A DNA stretch of 64,000 bases from a virus. The position numbers were made by a program, and so were the translations under genes. Each line of letters opens with the position of its first letter. The stretch's first letter is position 1. Shown piece by piece: positions 38,797 to 48,979 of the stretch. A model generated the notes under the pieces. It searched no databases. It was not told where the DNA came from and saw only the letters and a list, made by a program, of their open reading frames with translations. Location of the stretch: the IMG/VR virus record IMGVR_UViG_3300008267_000007, positions 47,095 to 111,094 of that record; one strand, written 5' to 3'.

Positions 38797-38817
38797 TATT
38801 TATTTGTAAACCATACT

Positions 38818-39042
38818 ATGAAATTAAACGAATACCTAAAAGAAATACAAGAAGTCCAAATAAAAGTTGGAGATAGTTTTGCTTTAAGAGGAGATATTGG
38901 TATATTCAAAAAGGGAGAAACAGTGGAAGTTATTGATAAAAAATCTTATGGTAATGATATTGAATTAACATTGTCTAACAACAAAGGTAAAGAAGATAAG
39001 TTTTATTTAGATAAAAACGATGACTTTGAAGAACTAGGATAA
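38818..39042 (+). CDS. Small late protein with leader
   Basis: MKLNEYLKEIQE; SH3-like beta pattern. Confidence 0.7.
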   Translation: MKLNEYLKEIQEVQIKVGDSFALRGDIGIFKKGETVEVIDKKSYGNDIELTLSNNKGKEDKFYLDKNDDFEELG

Positions 39043-39497
39043 TGAAAAGATCAGAATTAAAAGAGATTATTAGAGAAGAGTTCAAAAGGATTCTTAGAGA
39101 ACAAGACCCTGAACAAGACCCTGAACTTAGTATTGGAGACAGAATAGAACCTGAACCCGAGGCTGAACCTTCACCTGAACCCGATAAACCAGAAACTGAA
39201 ATCCCCGAAGAACAACCACTTCAAAATATTTCTAAGTTAGATGCAGCTCAAAAGATAAGGGATACTAAAGGAAGAATGTTTACAGTTACTTTTATTAAAA
39301 AGTCAAATGGTCAAAAGAGGGTAATGAATGCCCGTTTAGGAGTTAAAGCATATCTAAGAGGAGGAGTATTACCTTACGATCCTAATACAAAAGGATTAAT
39401 TCCTTGCTATGATGTGCAGAAAAAAGATTACACAATGATTAACATCCCAGGTATTGTTAATTTAAAAGTTGGGGGAGTAGAATATAATGTAATATAA
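39042..39497 (+). CDS. Leader, PE-rich linker and SH3/WYL-like beta-barrel domain
   Basis: MKRSELKEIIREE; FTVTFIKK.NG..R.M.AR.GV...YD..K..Y. Confidence 0.72.
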   Translation: MKRSELKEIIREEFKRILREQDPEQDPELSIGDRIEPEPEAEPSPEPDKPETEIPEEQPLQNISKLDAAQKIRDTKGRMFTVTFIKKSNGQKRVMNARLGVKAYLRGGVLPYDPNTKGLIPCYDVQKKDYTMINIPGIVNLKVGGVEYNVI

Positions 39498-39518
39498 AAT
39501 AATAAACTAATTAATAAG

Positions 39519-39548
39519 TTTGGCTCCGTAAAGGAGCCTTCTTACATT
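39519..39548 (+). promoter_or_regulatory. Palindromic promoter, copy 3
   Basis: TTTGGCTCC-GTAAA-GGAGCC-TTCT-TACATT. Confidence 0.72.
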
Positions 39549-39568
39549 TAACCATAAAATTTAAACAT

Positions 39569-40867
39569 ATGAATAAACAAATTGTAATTGTAGGAGCTGG
39601 AGTAGCTGGTATAAATGCCGCTACTAAACTAGTAGATAACAATTTTAAGGGTAAAATAACAATTATCGATATGGGGAAAGACCCCCATAAACGATTGCCA
39701 AGTGAAGTAATGACTGGCATGTTAGGTGCTGGTGGTTGGTCTGATGGTAAATTAACGTACCACACAGCTATTGGTGGTCAATTATCAAAGTACTGCGGTG
39801 AAGAAAAAGCCATGGAGTTAATGGATCAAGTTATTACTAACTTTAAACGTTTCCACCCTAAACCTGAAGAAGTACAATGCTCAAATCCAGTTGCTGAACC
39901 TGATTTTATTAAACCACAATTTGGTTTACGTTTATTTCCTGTATGGCATGTTGGAACTGATTATTTATTAGAAATTGCTAAAAATTGGTACCAATATTTA
40001 GTTGATAATGGAGTTGAATTTGTATGGGAAACTAAAGTAACTGATATATTATTTAATATTAATGCAATTCATCTACAAGGAGGAAGTATTATAAAATATG
40101 ATGAACTTATATTTGGTGTAGGTAAATCAGGTATTGACTTTGGTAAAATATTAGCTGAAAAGTACGACTTACCAACTGAACCTAAATCAGTACAAATAGG
40201 TGTTCGCTTTGAAGCACCACAAAAACACTTCCAAAAATTGATTGATGTATCATATGACTTTAAATTATATAGAAAATTTGAAGACAAAGGAGTATCATTA
40301 CGTTCATTCTGTACTAACAATAATGCGGCGTATGTTGCAGTAGAAGAAACATACGGAAACTTTTCATATAATGGTCATGCTAAAAAAGATGAGAAGTATA
40401 GAAATGATATGACTAACTTTGGTATCATAATGGAGTTAAATGGAATTGAAGATCCATTTACTTGGAGTAGAGATTTAGTTAAACAATTGCAAATTGGTGG
40501 TAAGGGATTATATTACTCCCCATCACGCAAACCATCATTTACTTCAGAAGGAAATCATGTAGAAACAACTCAAATCGATAATGCTGCAATGCATGAAGTA
40601 AGAGAAGCATTTGAGGGGTATTTTAACTACATTGATAGCTTTATTGAAGGGATGAAAGAAGTATTTCCTACATTAAAAGACGATTGGGGTATGTACATAC
40701 CTGAAGTAAAATATCTATCTCCAGAACCACTTGTTGATTATACTAACTTAGCTTTGACTAAATATCCAAACGTGCATTTCGTTGGTGATGCTCTTTCTGC
40801 TAGAGGTATAACAGTAAGTGGAGCACAAGGGATTTATGTTGCCGAAGATATTTTGAGATACGAATAA
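39569..40867 (+). CDS. FAD-dependent oxidoreductase
   Basis: IVGAGVAG, G.LGAG.WSDGKL, GVRFE, RSFC.N, VGDA...RGI. Confidence 0.9.
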   Translation: MNKQIVIVGAGVAGINAATKLVDNNFKGKITIIDMGKDPHKRLPSEVMTGMLGAGGWSDGKLTYHTAIGGQLSKYCGEEKAMELMDQVITNFKRFHPKPEEVQCSNPVAEPDFIKPQFGLRLFPVWHVGTDYLLEIAKNWYQYLVDNGVEFVWETKVTDILFNINAIHLQGGSIIKYDELIFGVGKSGIDFGKILAEKYDLPTEPKSVQIGVRFEAPQKHFQKLIDVSYDFKLYRKFEDKGVSLRSFCTNNNAAYVAVEETYGNFSYNGHAKKDEKYRNDMTNFGIIMELNGIEDPFTWSRDLVKQLQIGGKGLYYSPSRKPSFTSEGNHVETTQIDNAAMHEVREAFEGYFNYIDSFIEGMKEVFPTLKDDWGMYIPEVKYLSPEPLVDYTNLALTKYPNVHFVGDALSARGITVSGAQGIYVAEDILRYE

Positions 40868-40886
40868 TTTTTATTATATTAAACAC

Positions 40887-41141
40887 ATGGAAGAACAAGA
40901 ACAAAAACAAGATTACAAATCAAGAACACTTACTACTGAAGACGGTAGAACAATTATATATTTTGACGGAAAACTCCATTCATGGGATGAACCGGCTCTT
41001 AAATACAAAAAAGAATTAAAAAAGAAAGATGAATATTATTTGTATGGTTTTCAATACACTAAAGAAGAATGGTTGGAAGCACGTAGAGACAGACACGGAG
41101 TACCACCAGAGAAAAACCCACAAGTAACATCAAGATTTTAA
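40887..41141 (+). CDS. Hypothetical protein
   Basis: GKLH.WD.PA...EYYLYG motif; TTTG-N19-TATATT upstream. Confidence 0.78.
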   Translation: MEEQEQKQDYKSRTLTTEDGRTIIYFDGKLHSWDEPALKYKKELKKKDEYYLYGFQYTKEEWLEARRDRHGVPPEKNPQVTSRF

Positions 41142-41149
41142 TAAATAAA

Positions 41150-41179
41150 TTTGGCTCCCATAGGGAGCCTTATTATATT
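41150..41179 (+). promoter_or_regulatory. Palindromic promoter, copy 4
   Basis: TTTGGCTCC-CATAG-GGAGCC-TTAT-TATATT. Confidence 0.75.
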
Positions 41180-41206
41180 GTATAAATAAAACTAATAAAA
41201 TAAGTT

Positions 41207-41737
41207 ATGAGAATAGGATTAACCGGTACCGTGTCTGTAGGCAAAACAACATTAGTTAATGCTTTAAAAGAATTACCACAATTTAAAGATTATCATTTTG
41301 CTACTGAACGTAGTAAATATTTAAGAGATTTAGGTATTCCATTAAACACTGATTCTACATTAAAGGGTCAAACTGTGTTTTTAGCTGAACGATGTGCAGA
41401 ATTGATTAATGAAAATTTAATTACTGATAGAACAGTTATTGATGTAATGGCATTTACTCAAAATGCTGAATCCATTGGTCTTACAGATAAAGAAAAATTT
41501 AGAAAGTATGCTTCTGATTTTATCAAAGAATATGATTATATTTTTTACATCTCTCCTGAAGGAGTAGAAATTGAAGATAATGGGGTGCGCACTATTGATG
41601 CTGAATATAGAGAACTAATTGATTCAACTATTAGACATTTTATCAATACATACAATGGCAAACTACAAAACTGCAAACAAATATCAGGCACTACAGAACA
41701 ACGCATCAAACAAATACTAGAAGTTATTTCTCTATAA
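41207..41737 (+). CDS. P-loop nucleoside/nucleotide kinase (NadR/AAA_28-like)
   Basis: GTVSVGKTT, DRT.ID, EDNGVR. Confidence 0.85.
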   Translation: MRIGLTGTVSVGKTTLVNALKELPQFKDYHFATERSKYLRDLGIPLNTDSTLKGQTVFLAERCAELINENLITDRTVIDVMAFTQNAESIGLTDKEKFRKYASDFIKEYDYIFYISPEGVEIEDNGVRTIDAEYRELIDSTIRHFINTYNGKLQNCKQISGTTEQRIKQILEVISL

Positions 41738-41773
41738 TATTTATATCAAAACCATAACTTAAAAAATAAAAAA

Positions 41774-42421
41774 ATGAACATTAATAATGATTTTGATTTA
41801 AAGAAAGCAAAGAATTTCCTTTTAACTGAAAATTTTGACGCTTCTTACTTACAAGAAGAAGATTTAGATGAGAACGAAGAAGTTTCTCTAGAAGAAATGG
41901 CTAAACTAACTAGTGCAGGAGGTGAATATACTCCACTAGGACAAAAAGTAGCAGCTATTATTAAAGCACAACCTGAATTAGAAAAATCAGCATTGTTGAA
42001 AGTTCTTAATACCGATCCTGAAATTGCTAAAATGTTAGATGATAGCGAAGAAGAATTACATCAAAATCAAACAAATAAATTTGCTGCTTTAGTTCGTGGT
42101 TCAAGAGAATTAGGACAAAGAGGTAGAAAAGCAGATCCAAACAAACCTGCTGCTGAACCAAAAGAGCCAAGAGTTGCTAAAGCCCCGGGAGAAAAGAGAA
42201 TTAAAATCACTACTCCTAAATCTGAACCAACAACAGACGAAACACCAATCGATAATACAATTGGATTAGGTCAAGATGAGATGATTAAAGAAAAACGTAA
42301 ACTTGAAGCTGAAAGAATGGAAGCAGCTAAGGCTTATAAAGCTGGTGATGAGTCAGTTTTACCTAAGATGAAAGAATTAACTGCTCAAATTAACAAATTG
42401 AATAAAAAATTAGGAGTATAA
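41774..42421 (+). CDS. Putative internal head protein
   Basis: Late promoter; FDLKKAKNFLLTE leader; acidic then basic (QRGRK). Confidence 0.65.
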   Translation: MNINNDFDLKKAKNFLLTENFDASYLQEEDLDENEEVSLEEMAKLTSAGGEYTPLGQKVAAIIKAQPELEKSALLKVLNTDPEIAKMLDDSEEELHQNQTNKFAALVRGSRELGQRGRKADPNKPAAEPKEPRVAKAPGEKRIKITTPKSEPTTDETPIDNTIGLGQDEMIKEKRKLEAERMEAAKAYKAGDESVLPKMKELTAQINKLNKKLGV

Positions 42422-42439
42422 AAATTCCTAAATTTAGTT

Positions 42440-44044
42440 ATGTCTGAAATACAACCACAACTTCCTTTAAAGGAAATTATAAAACAAGAGTGGGTCCGCT
42501 GTTCACAGGACCCAGTCTATTTTATGAAAAAATACTATTGGATCCAACACCCACAACGGGGTAGGATCCAATTTAATTTATACCCATTTCAAGAAAAGGT
42601 ACTTTACCAACTTCAAAAGAATGAGTATACAATCATAAACAAATCTCGTCAGTTAGGTATATCAACATTAGCCTCGGCCTATGCTTTGTGGTTAATGATA
42701 TTTAATAAAGACCGAAATGTTTTATGTATTGCTACCAAGCAGGAAACTGCTAAAAATATGGTTACTAAGGTACGTTTTGCCTATGAATCATTACCCAAAT
42801 GGTTAAAATCAGGAGATAAACCATCTGAAAATAATAAATTATCATTAAAGTTAAATAATGGTTCTCAGATTAAAGCAGTAGGTGCAACCGCAGATGCTGG
42901 TCGATCAGAAGCCGTTTCTTTTCTTATTATTGATGAGGCTGCTTTTATTGAGGGTATTGATGAAATTTTTGCTTCGGCTCAACAGACCTTAGCTACTGGA
43001 GGACAATGTCTTGCTTTATCTACACCTTATGGTACAGGTAACTGGTTTCATAAATCCTTTACTAAAGCCCAAAATAAAGAAAATAAATTTGTTCCTTTAT
43101 CCTTACCATGGACCGTTCATCCTGAACGAAACCAACAATGGAGAGATGACCAAAATGAAATTCTAGGATTACGTCACGCCGCACAAGAGTGTGATTGCGA
43201 TTTTAGTACATCTGGAGATACAGTAATTGAACCCGATATGCTTAATTTCTTAGAATCCGCATTCACATCAGATCCTATAGAAAGAAGAGGACCAGAAGGT
43301 GCTTTATGGCTTTGGGAACAACCAGATTATAGTAAAGACTATATGATAGTAGCCGACGTTGCTAGAGGTGATGGAAGTGACTACTCAGCATTCCATATTT
43401 TTGATGTTGAAGCTGCTAAACAAATAGGTGAATATAAGGCCCAAGTTCAAACAAAAGACTATGCCAATATTTTATTTTCAATAGCAACAGAATATAATGA
43501 TGCTTTATTAGTAGTAGAAAACGCTAATGTTGGTTGGAGTGTTTTAGAACATTTGATAGAAAGAGGATATAGAAATCTATATTATTCATCTAAAGCCGAT
43601 ACTACAATGGGTGCTAATGAAAACCAATTAGCTAGAATGGAGAATGGGCAGGGTATGGTACCTGGATTTACAACATCTCAAAAAACTCGTCCATTATGTG
43701 TATCAAAGTTGATATCATATATTCAAGAAAAATCTGTTACAATACAGTCTAAAAGGTTATTAGATGAATTAAGAACTTTTGTGTGGAAACACGGTAAAGC
43801 TCAATCTCAAAATGGCTATAATGATGACTTAGTGATGGCATTCAGTATTGGTTTATTTTTACGTGATACCGCGCTAAGATTTAGACAACAGGGTATGGAT
43901 TTAACCAGAGCTACATTAGGTAGTTTTCATTCTACTAAGCAACAGGCCCCTGGAGTATTTTCATACAATCCCCAAAATCAAAATCCATATCAAATTGATG
44001 ATGGTATGGGGGGTAAAGAAAATATAGATTGGCTTTTAGGTTAA
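42440..44044 (+). CDS. terL: Terminase large subunit (gp17-like)
   Basis: KSRQLGIST Walker A, IIDEAAF Walker B, LSTP.G, DVARGDG.DYSA, DDLVMA. Confidence 0.96.
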   Translation: MSEIQPQLPLKEIIKQEWVRCSQDPVYFMKKYYWIQHPQRGRIQFNLYPFQEKVLYQLQKNEYTIINKSRQLGISTLASAYALWLMIFNKDRNVLCIATKQETAKNMVTKVRFAYESLPKWLKSGDKPSENNKLSLKLNNGSQIKAVGATADAGRSEAVSFLIIDEAAFIEGIDEIFASAQQTLATGGQCLALSTPYGTGNWFHKSFTKAQNKENKFVPLSLPWTVHPERNQQWRDDQNEILGLRHAAQECDCDFSTSGDTVIEPDMLNFLESAFTSDPIERRGPEGALWLWEQPDYSKDYMIVADVARGDGSDYSAFHIFDVEAAKQIGEYKAQVQTKDYANILFSIATEYNDALLVVENANVGWSVLEHLIERGYRNLYYSSKADTTMGANENQLARMENGQGMVPGFTTSQKTRPLCVSKLISYIQEKSVTIQSKRLLDELRTFVWKHGKAQSQNGYNDDLVMAFSIGLFLRDTALRFRQQGMDLTRATLGSFHSTKQQAPGVFSYNPQNQNPYQIDDGMGGKENIDWLLG

Positions 44045-44076
44045 AAAATTAATATTTATAATTATAATAAAATTTT

Positions 44077-46005
44077 ATGGTAGATACATCATTTTTTGGT
44101 AGATTACAACGATTATTCTCAACAGACGTTATAATAAGAAACGTTGGGGGTAACCAATTAAAAGTAATGGATACAGATCGTATCCAACAACTTGGTACTA
44201 TCCAAACAAACTCTCTCTATGACAGATACAATAAAGTATACACTACTACAGGTGGTTTAAACTTTAACTTCAATAATGATACTTCATATCCAACAACACG
44301 TATTCAACTTTATACTGACTATGAATTGATGGATAGTGATTCTATTATTGCTTCTACATTAGATATCTTAGCTGATGAGACATGCTTGAGAAATGATATG
44401 GGAGAAGTATTACAAATACGTTCTTCTGATGAAACTATACAAAAAATACTTTATAACTTATTTTACGATGTATTAAACATTGAGTTTAATCTTTGGTCTT
44501 GGACTCGTAATATGTGTAAGTATGGTGACTTCTATCTAAAATTAGAAATATCAGAAAAATTTGGAGTATATGGTGTAATACCATTCTCATCTTACTCTAT
44601 CATTAGGTTAGAGGGTAGAAATCCAGAACGCCCACAAGAAGTAAAATTTAAATACGACCCTACTTTCTCATCTCAACAGTCTACAACGGGTCCTCAAAAC
44701 ATTTCTCAATATAACCAAAACCGAGATACTAATATTGAGTTTGATAATTTCGAAATGGCCCACTTCCGATTATTATCGGATTTTAACTATTTACCATATG
44801 GTAGATCATTTATTGAACCCGCTCGTAAGATTTTTAAACAATTAACATTAATGGAAGATGCGATGTTAATACATCGTATTGTTAGAGCACCTGAAAAACG
44901 TACATTCTTTGTTAATGTGGGTAATATTCCACCTAATGAGGTAGAAAATTTCATGCAGCGTACTATTAATAAAATGAAAAAAACACCTTATGTTGATCCA
45001 AACACTGGTGAATACAATTTGAAGTACAACATGCAGAATATTCTTGAGGATTTTTATATTCCTGTAAGGGGTGGTGATGCTACAACTAGAATTGAAACTA
45101 CAAAAGGTTTAGATTATACTGCTATTGAAGATGTTAATTACCTAAAAGATAAATTATTCGCTGCTTTAAAAGTACCAAAAGCTTACTTTGGATATGAAAA
45201 AGACTTAACAGGTAAAGCTACATTAGCCGCTGAAGATATTAGATTTGCTCGTACAGTAGAAAGACTTCAACGTATATTAATATCAGAATTAACAAAAATA
45301 GCTTTAGTTCACTTATATGCACAAGGGTATGATGGAGAATCATTAACTAATTTTGATTTATCTTTAACTGTTCCTTCTATTATATATGAACAAGAAAAAA
45401 TAGCATTATTTAAGGAAAAGGCATCATTAGCCGTTGAATTACTTCAAAATAAAATAGTACCATCTGATTGGGTTTATGATCATATTTTTCAATTTAGCGA
45501 AGATCAATTTGATGAATACCGAGACTTAATGATCGAAGACGCTAAACGCAAATTCCGAATAGACCAAATAGAAACTGAAGGGAATGACCCCTATAAAACC
45601 GGAGAAGCATACGGTACACCACACGCCTTAGCATCACTTTATGGTCCAGGTAGATATCCAGGAACCGAAGGTACTCCTAAAGGATATGATGAAAGGGGTG
45701 ATACTTATCCTGATCAAGTATTAGGTCGTCCTAAAGAAAAGGCATCAACAATGGGTACTCAAGATAGTGCTTTAGGTAAAGATAGATTAGGTAGAGATGC
45801 TATGAGAAAAGATGATTCTGAGACTAAGGGATTTAAAACTGCCCATAAAGGTGGTTCACCATTAGCATTAGAAAATATGAATGCTCAAACTGTGTATCAC
45901 CAAATGTCAAACTCTTTGAAAAATATGTTTCCTAAACAAAAAGTTAAATTGTTTGAAGAAAGTAATTTATTAAATGAGGATAACCTCTTAAAGGAAGATA
46001 AATAA
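44077..46005 (+). CDS. gp20: Portal protein (T4 gp20-like)
   Basis: EDAMLIHRI.RAPE.R.F, EDF.IP.RG, L..ALKVP. Confidence 0.95.
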   Translation: MVDTSFFGRLQRLFSTDVIIRNVGGNQLKVMDTDRIQQLGTIQTNSLYDRYNKVYTTTGGLNFNFNNDTSYPTTRIQLYTDYELMDSDSIIASTLDILADETCLRNDMGEVLQIRSSDETIQKILYNLFYDVLNIEFNLWSWTRNMCKYGDFYLKLEISEKFGVYGVIPFSSYSIIRLEGRNPERPQEVKFKYDPTFSSQQSTTGPQNISQYNQNRDTNIEFDNFEMAHFRLLSDFNYLPYGRSFIEPARKIFKQLTLMEDAMLIHRIVRAPEKRTFFVNVGNIPPNEVENFMQRTINKMKKTPYVDPNTGEYNLKYNMQNILEDFYIPVRGGDATTRIETTKGLDYTAIEDVNYLKDKLFAALKVPKAYFGYEKDLTGKATLAAEDIRFARTVERLQRILISELTKIALVHLYAQGYDGESLTNFDLSLTVPSIIYEQEKIALFKEKASLAVELLQNKIVPSDWVYDHIFQFSEDQFDEYRDLMIEDAKRKFRIDQIETEGNDPYKTGEAYGTPHALASLYGPGRYPGTEGTPKGYDERGDTYPDQVLGRPKEKASTMGTQDSALGKDRLGRDAMRKDDSETKGFKTAHKGGSPLALENMNAQTVYHQMSNSLKNMFPKQKVKLFEESNLLNEDNLLKEDK

Positions 46006-46045
46006 AGTTAATATTTATAATTAGTAGTTAACTATATAAAACATA

Positions 46046-46900
46046 ATGGCTAATATTAAGCATAATAAATATCGTAATACTGGTATCCTATTTGAACTTC
46101 TTGTAAGAAAAATTACAGCTGATACTATGTCTAACCAAGACTCCAAAGCTGTATCTTTAATTAAGAAATACTTTGTTAATACTGAATTATCAAAAGAAAA
46201 CAAATTATATCAATCTATATCAAGAGTTCAAAATATTAGTGAGGCCAAAGCTGAATCTATTATTTCTACTATATTAGAAATAAATAAATCTTTAAATCAA
46301 GTTAAATTATCTAAAGAAAAGTTTAATTTGATAAAAGAGATTAAGGCTAATTTTGACATAGATGATTTTTTTAAAGCGAAAATTAGTAACTACAAGTTAT
46401 TATCTTCAACTTATACTTTATTAGAGGCAAATTTGTTTCCTTCACACCATGTGGATACTATAATTAATTCTAAGATGAACATCTTAGAACATATAGCTCA
46501 GTCACAACTTGTAAAAGAAATACAACCTACAGTTAGTGAATTTGAGTTATTAGACAAAGGAACTCGCGCATTAGTTTATAAATTGATGTTGGAAAAATTC
46601 AATACCAAATTTGAAGTATTATCTGATGATCAAAAAGATGTGTTAAAAGAATACATTAATAACATCTCTAATACTACTAATCTTAAAAAGTATGTAGATG
46701 TTAAGTTTACATCGTTAAAGGAATCTCTTTTAAAATTATTACCTAAAATAGAGGATGCTACTATTAAAATTAAAGTAAATGAGACCATAAATCTTATTAA
46801 CCCTATTCTAGAATCTAAAACATTAAAAGACGATAATATTATTGCTCTATTACAATATCAGGAACTGCATAGTGAGTTAAAAAAGATTCATAATGGATAA
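46046..46900 (+). CDS. Hypothetical head-module protein
   Basis: After portal with own late promoter. Confidence 0.75.
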   Translation: MANIKHNKYRNTGILFELLVRKITADTMSNQDSKAVSLIKKYFVNTELSKENKLYQSISRVQNISEAKAESIISTILEINKSLNQVKLSKEKFNLIKEIKANFDIDDFFKAKISNYKLLSSTYTLLEANLFPSHHVDTIINSKMNILEHIAQSQLVKEIQPTVSEFELLDKGTRALVYKLMLEKFNTKFEVLSDDQKDVLKEYINNISNTTNLKKYVDVKFTSLKESLLKLLPKIEDATIKIKVNETINLINPILESKTLKDDNIIALLQYQELHSELKKIHNG

Positions 46901-47603
46901 AGATAAATTAAGAGAATTAGTAAAACAGTGTATAGAAGAAATGTCTGCCACTGCGGGTGCTGGGGGGTTTATGGGCAGAGTAATGCTTAAAAAACCCAAA
47001 TATGAAAGCACCACTAAAGCTTTTACTCGTAATCCTGCTCGTCCGGTAACTGATCAAGATAAAAACTCACCTGCTGGATTTGAAACCATGCCTGATTCTG
47101 CTAAAACTTATATTAAAGGAGGATTTAGAGCAATTAAACCCAAAGAGAGAATTGATGCCAAAGATTTATGGAAGGGCCAACATTTAGAAGAAAAAATTGC
47201 TGTCCTAACTCCCAAAGCATTCAGAAAATCTAAAAAACAACATGAGACTTCTAAATCAGGACATGAAGATTTACCTAATCTCGATAAATATTTTGAACTA
47301 GTGAAATTTAAAATAGTTGACTCAAAAAAAGAAGAAGAACAACTTAATGAGGTTCGTTATTCTCAATTTAAAAATGAGACTAAAAACAGAAAACCCCAAG
47401 AGCAATTGCATATGGGTGTTAAAGAAATCCAACGTAAGTTAGAGGAGATTAATAAATTAGTTGATTTTACTTCTCGTATGAAAACTGAATTAAAAGGTGA
47501 TGAGGATCAAATGAACTATTTAAAACGTACTCATAATGCGTTGTTTAGAATAAATGAAAAAATCCAAGAAATTAATAATAAAATTAAAGGTTTAACTGAA
47601 TAA
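46893..47603 (+). CDS. Putative prohead core/internal protein
   Basis: Leader LRELVKQCIEE; multiple L-x-E sites. Confidence 0.65.
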   Translation: MDKDKLRELVKQCIEEMSATAGAGGFMGRVMLKKPKYESTTKAFTRNPARPVTDQDKNSPAGFETMPDSAKTYIKGGFRAIKPKERIDAKDLWKGQHLEEKIAVLTPKAFRKSKKQHETSKSGHEDLPNLDKYFELVKFKIVDSKKEEEQLNEVRYSQFKNETKNRKPQEQLHMGVKEIQRKLEEINKLVDFTSRMKTELKGDEDQMNYLKRTHNALFRINEKIQEINNKIKGLTE

Positions 47604-47746
47604 TGGCAGCAAAAGTAAAATCGAATTCAACCGGGGTAAAAACCGAAGTCTCGAAAGTTAAAAGACCTGGTGTTCATGCCAAGTGTAAAACATCTAAGTT
47701 GAAAAGTTCTAAAAATTATAAAAAACTTTATAAAGGACAAGGATAA
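47603..47746 (+). CDS. 47-aa basic protein ending YKGQG, not in ORF track
   Basis: TAATG coupling; Lys-rich; C-terminal Y(K/R)GQG motif seen in small phage proteins. Confidence 0.75.
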   Translation: MAAKVKSNSTGVKTEVSKVKRPGVHAKCKTSKLKSSKNYKKLYKGQG

Positions 47747-47764
47747 AAAATAATATTTATACAC

Positions 47765-48979
47765 ATGACAGTTCAAAATTTATATACTCAATATTTAGAT
47801 GGTAAAGTTACCAAAGCTAAATTTCTTTACGAGGTGCGTAGAGATCAAAATCTTACTATGATTTCACATCATAATAATTTTGATGATACCGTTAAAATCC
47901 TTAAAAACAAAAACATCATCTCAGAAAAAGCTTCAAAAGAATCTACTGGGAAACAAGAAGTAGATATCATAGCTAAAACTATTGATATGGTTAACCCATA
48001 TGAGTATTCTAGAGGTATGAAATATGAACTTGAAATGGTAGATGTTCCTACTAGAACTGATTTAACTGAAGAAGAAGTACTTAAAGCACAGAAAAAAGTA
48101 TTAGCTAACCTAACTAAAAATCCACAATTTTATTTTGATAAATTGAATGGTAAAGGTGAAGTAAGTGATAAATGGATTGAAACTACTAAGAAAAACATCG
48201 ATGCTATTGGTAAAGGAAAAGCTGCTAAACTTATTAGAGAAGGTGAAATGTCAGATAGAGTAATAGCTAGAAAAGCTATTAACTTATATGATAAAGGGGA
48301 AGAATTATACTTACAAGGCAAAACCCAAGAAGCTGAAAAGTATAGACAACAAGCTTTACAAATTGCTGGTGAAGTAGGAATGGGAGAAGCTGAATTTCCT
48401 AAATATCAAAATCATATTAGAGAAGGATACGAAAATGATGGTCTAGTAAAAGAAGATCAACAAAATGCTATTTTTAAAAAATACGCTCAAGCTACAGGTA
48501 TTCCAATTGATAATTTAAAATCAATGGTTAGAGACGCTAAGGAAAAACAAATAGAAGAACATGGGTCACGTTTTGATAGAGTAGCTGATGTTAATGCTGA
48601 TTCTAGTCCAATAAGTGAAGATATAGATTTAGGTCATCAAGATAACGAACCTCACATGATCAAAGCTGAATTATATTTAATTGCTAAACAAGCAACTGAA
48701 TTATATAAAACTATTGATGCCATAGACAACATGGGAGAAATTGATTTTCCTCACTGGTGGCAAGCAAAAATTGTCTTAGCTAAAAACTATTTAACTGGAG
48801 CTAAAGATTATTTAGACGGAGCACTATCCGTAGGTAATGAAGACGGGGAAATTGAAGAGGCTATTGCTTTAAAAGATAAAGCTGGTAACACCCAATATGC
48901 TAAAGATTCAACTGAAGCTACAAATATAGAAAGAGCAGCTAGAACCAAAGGTGTAATCTTAACAAAAACTACAGTATAA
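47765..48979 (+). CDS. Putative internal head polyprotein
   Basis: Modules separated by ISE, IRE, VKE and IEE sites; immediately before the protease. Confidence 0.65.
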   Translation: MTVQNLYTQYLDGKVTKAKFLYEVRRDQNLTMISHHNNFDDTVKILKNKNIISEKASKESTGKQEVDIIAKTIDMVNPYEYSRGMKYELEMVDVPTRTDLTEEEVLKAQKKVLANLTKNPQFYFDKLNGKGEVSDKWIETTKKNIDAIGKGKAAKLIREGEMSDRVIARKAINLYDKGEELYLQGKTQEAEKYRQQALQIAGEVGMGEAEFPKYQNHIREGYENDGLVKEDQQNAIFKKYAQATGIPIDNLKSMVRDAKEKQIEEHGSRFDRVADVNADSSPISEDIDLGHQDNEPHMIKAELYLIAKQATELYKTIDAIDNMGEIDFPHWWQAKIVLAKNYLTGAKDYLDGALSVGNEDGEIEEAIALKDKAGNTQYAKDSTEATNIERAARTKGVILTKTTV

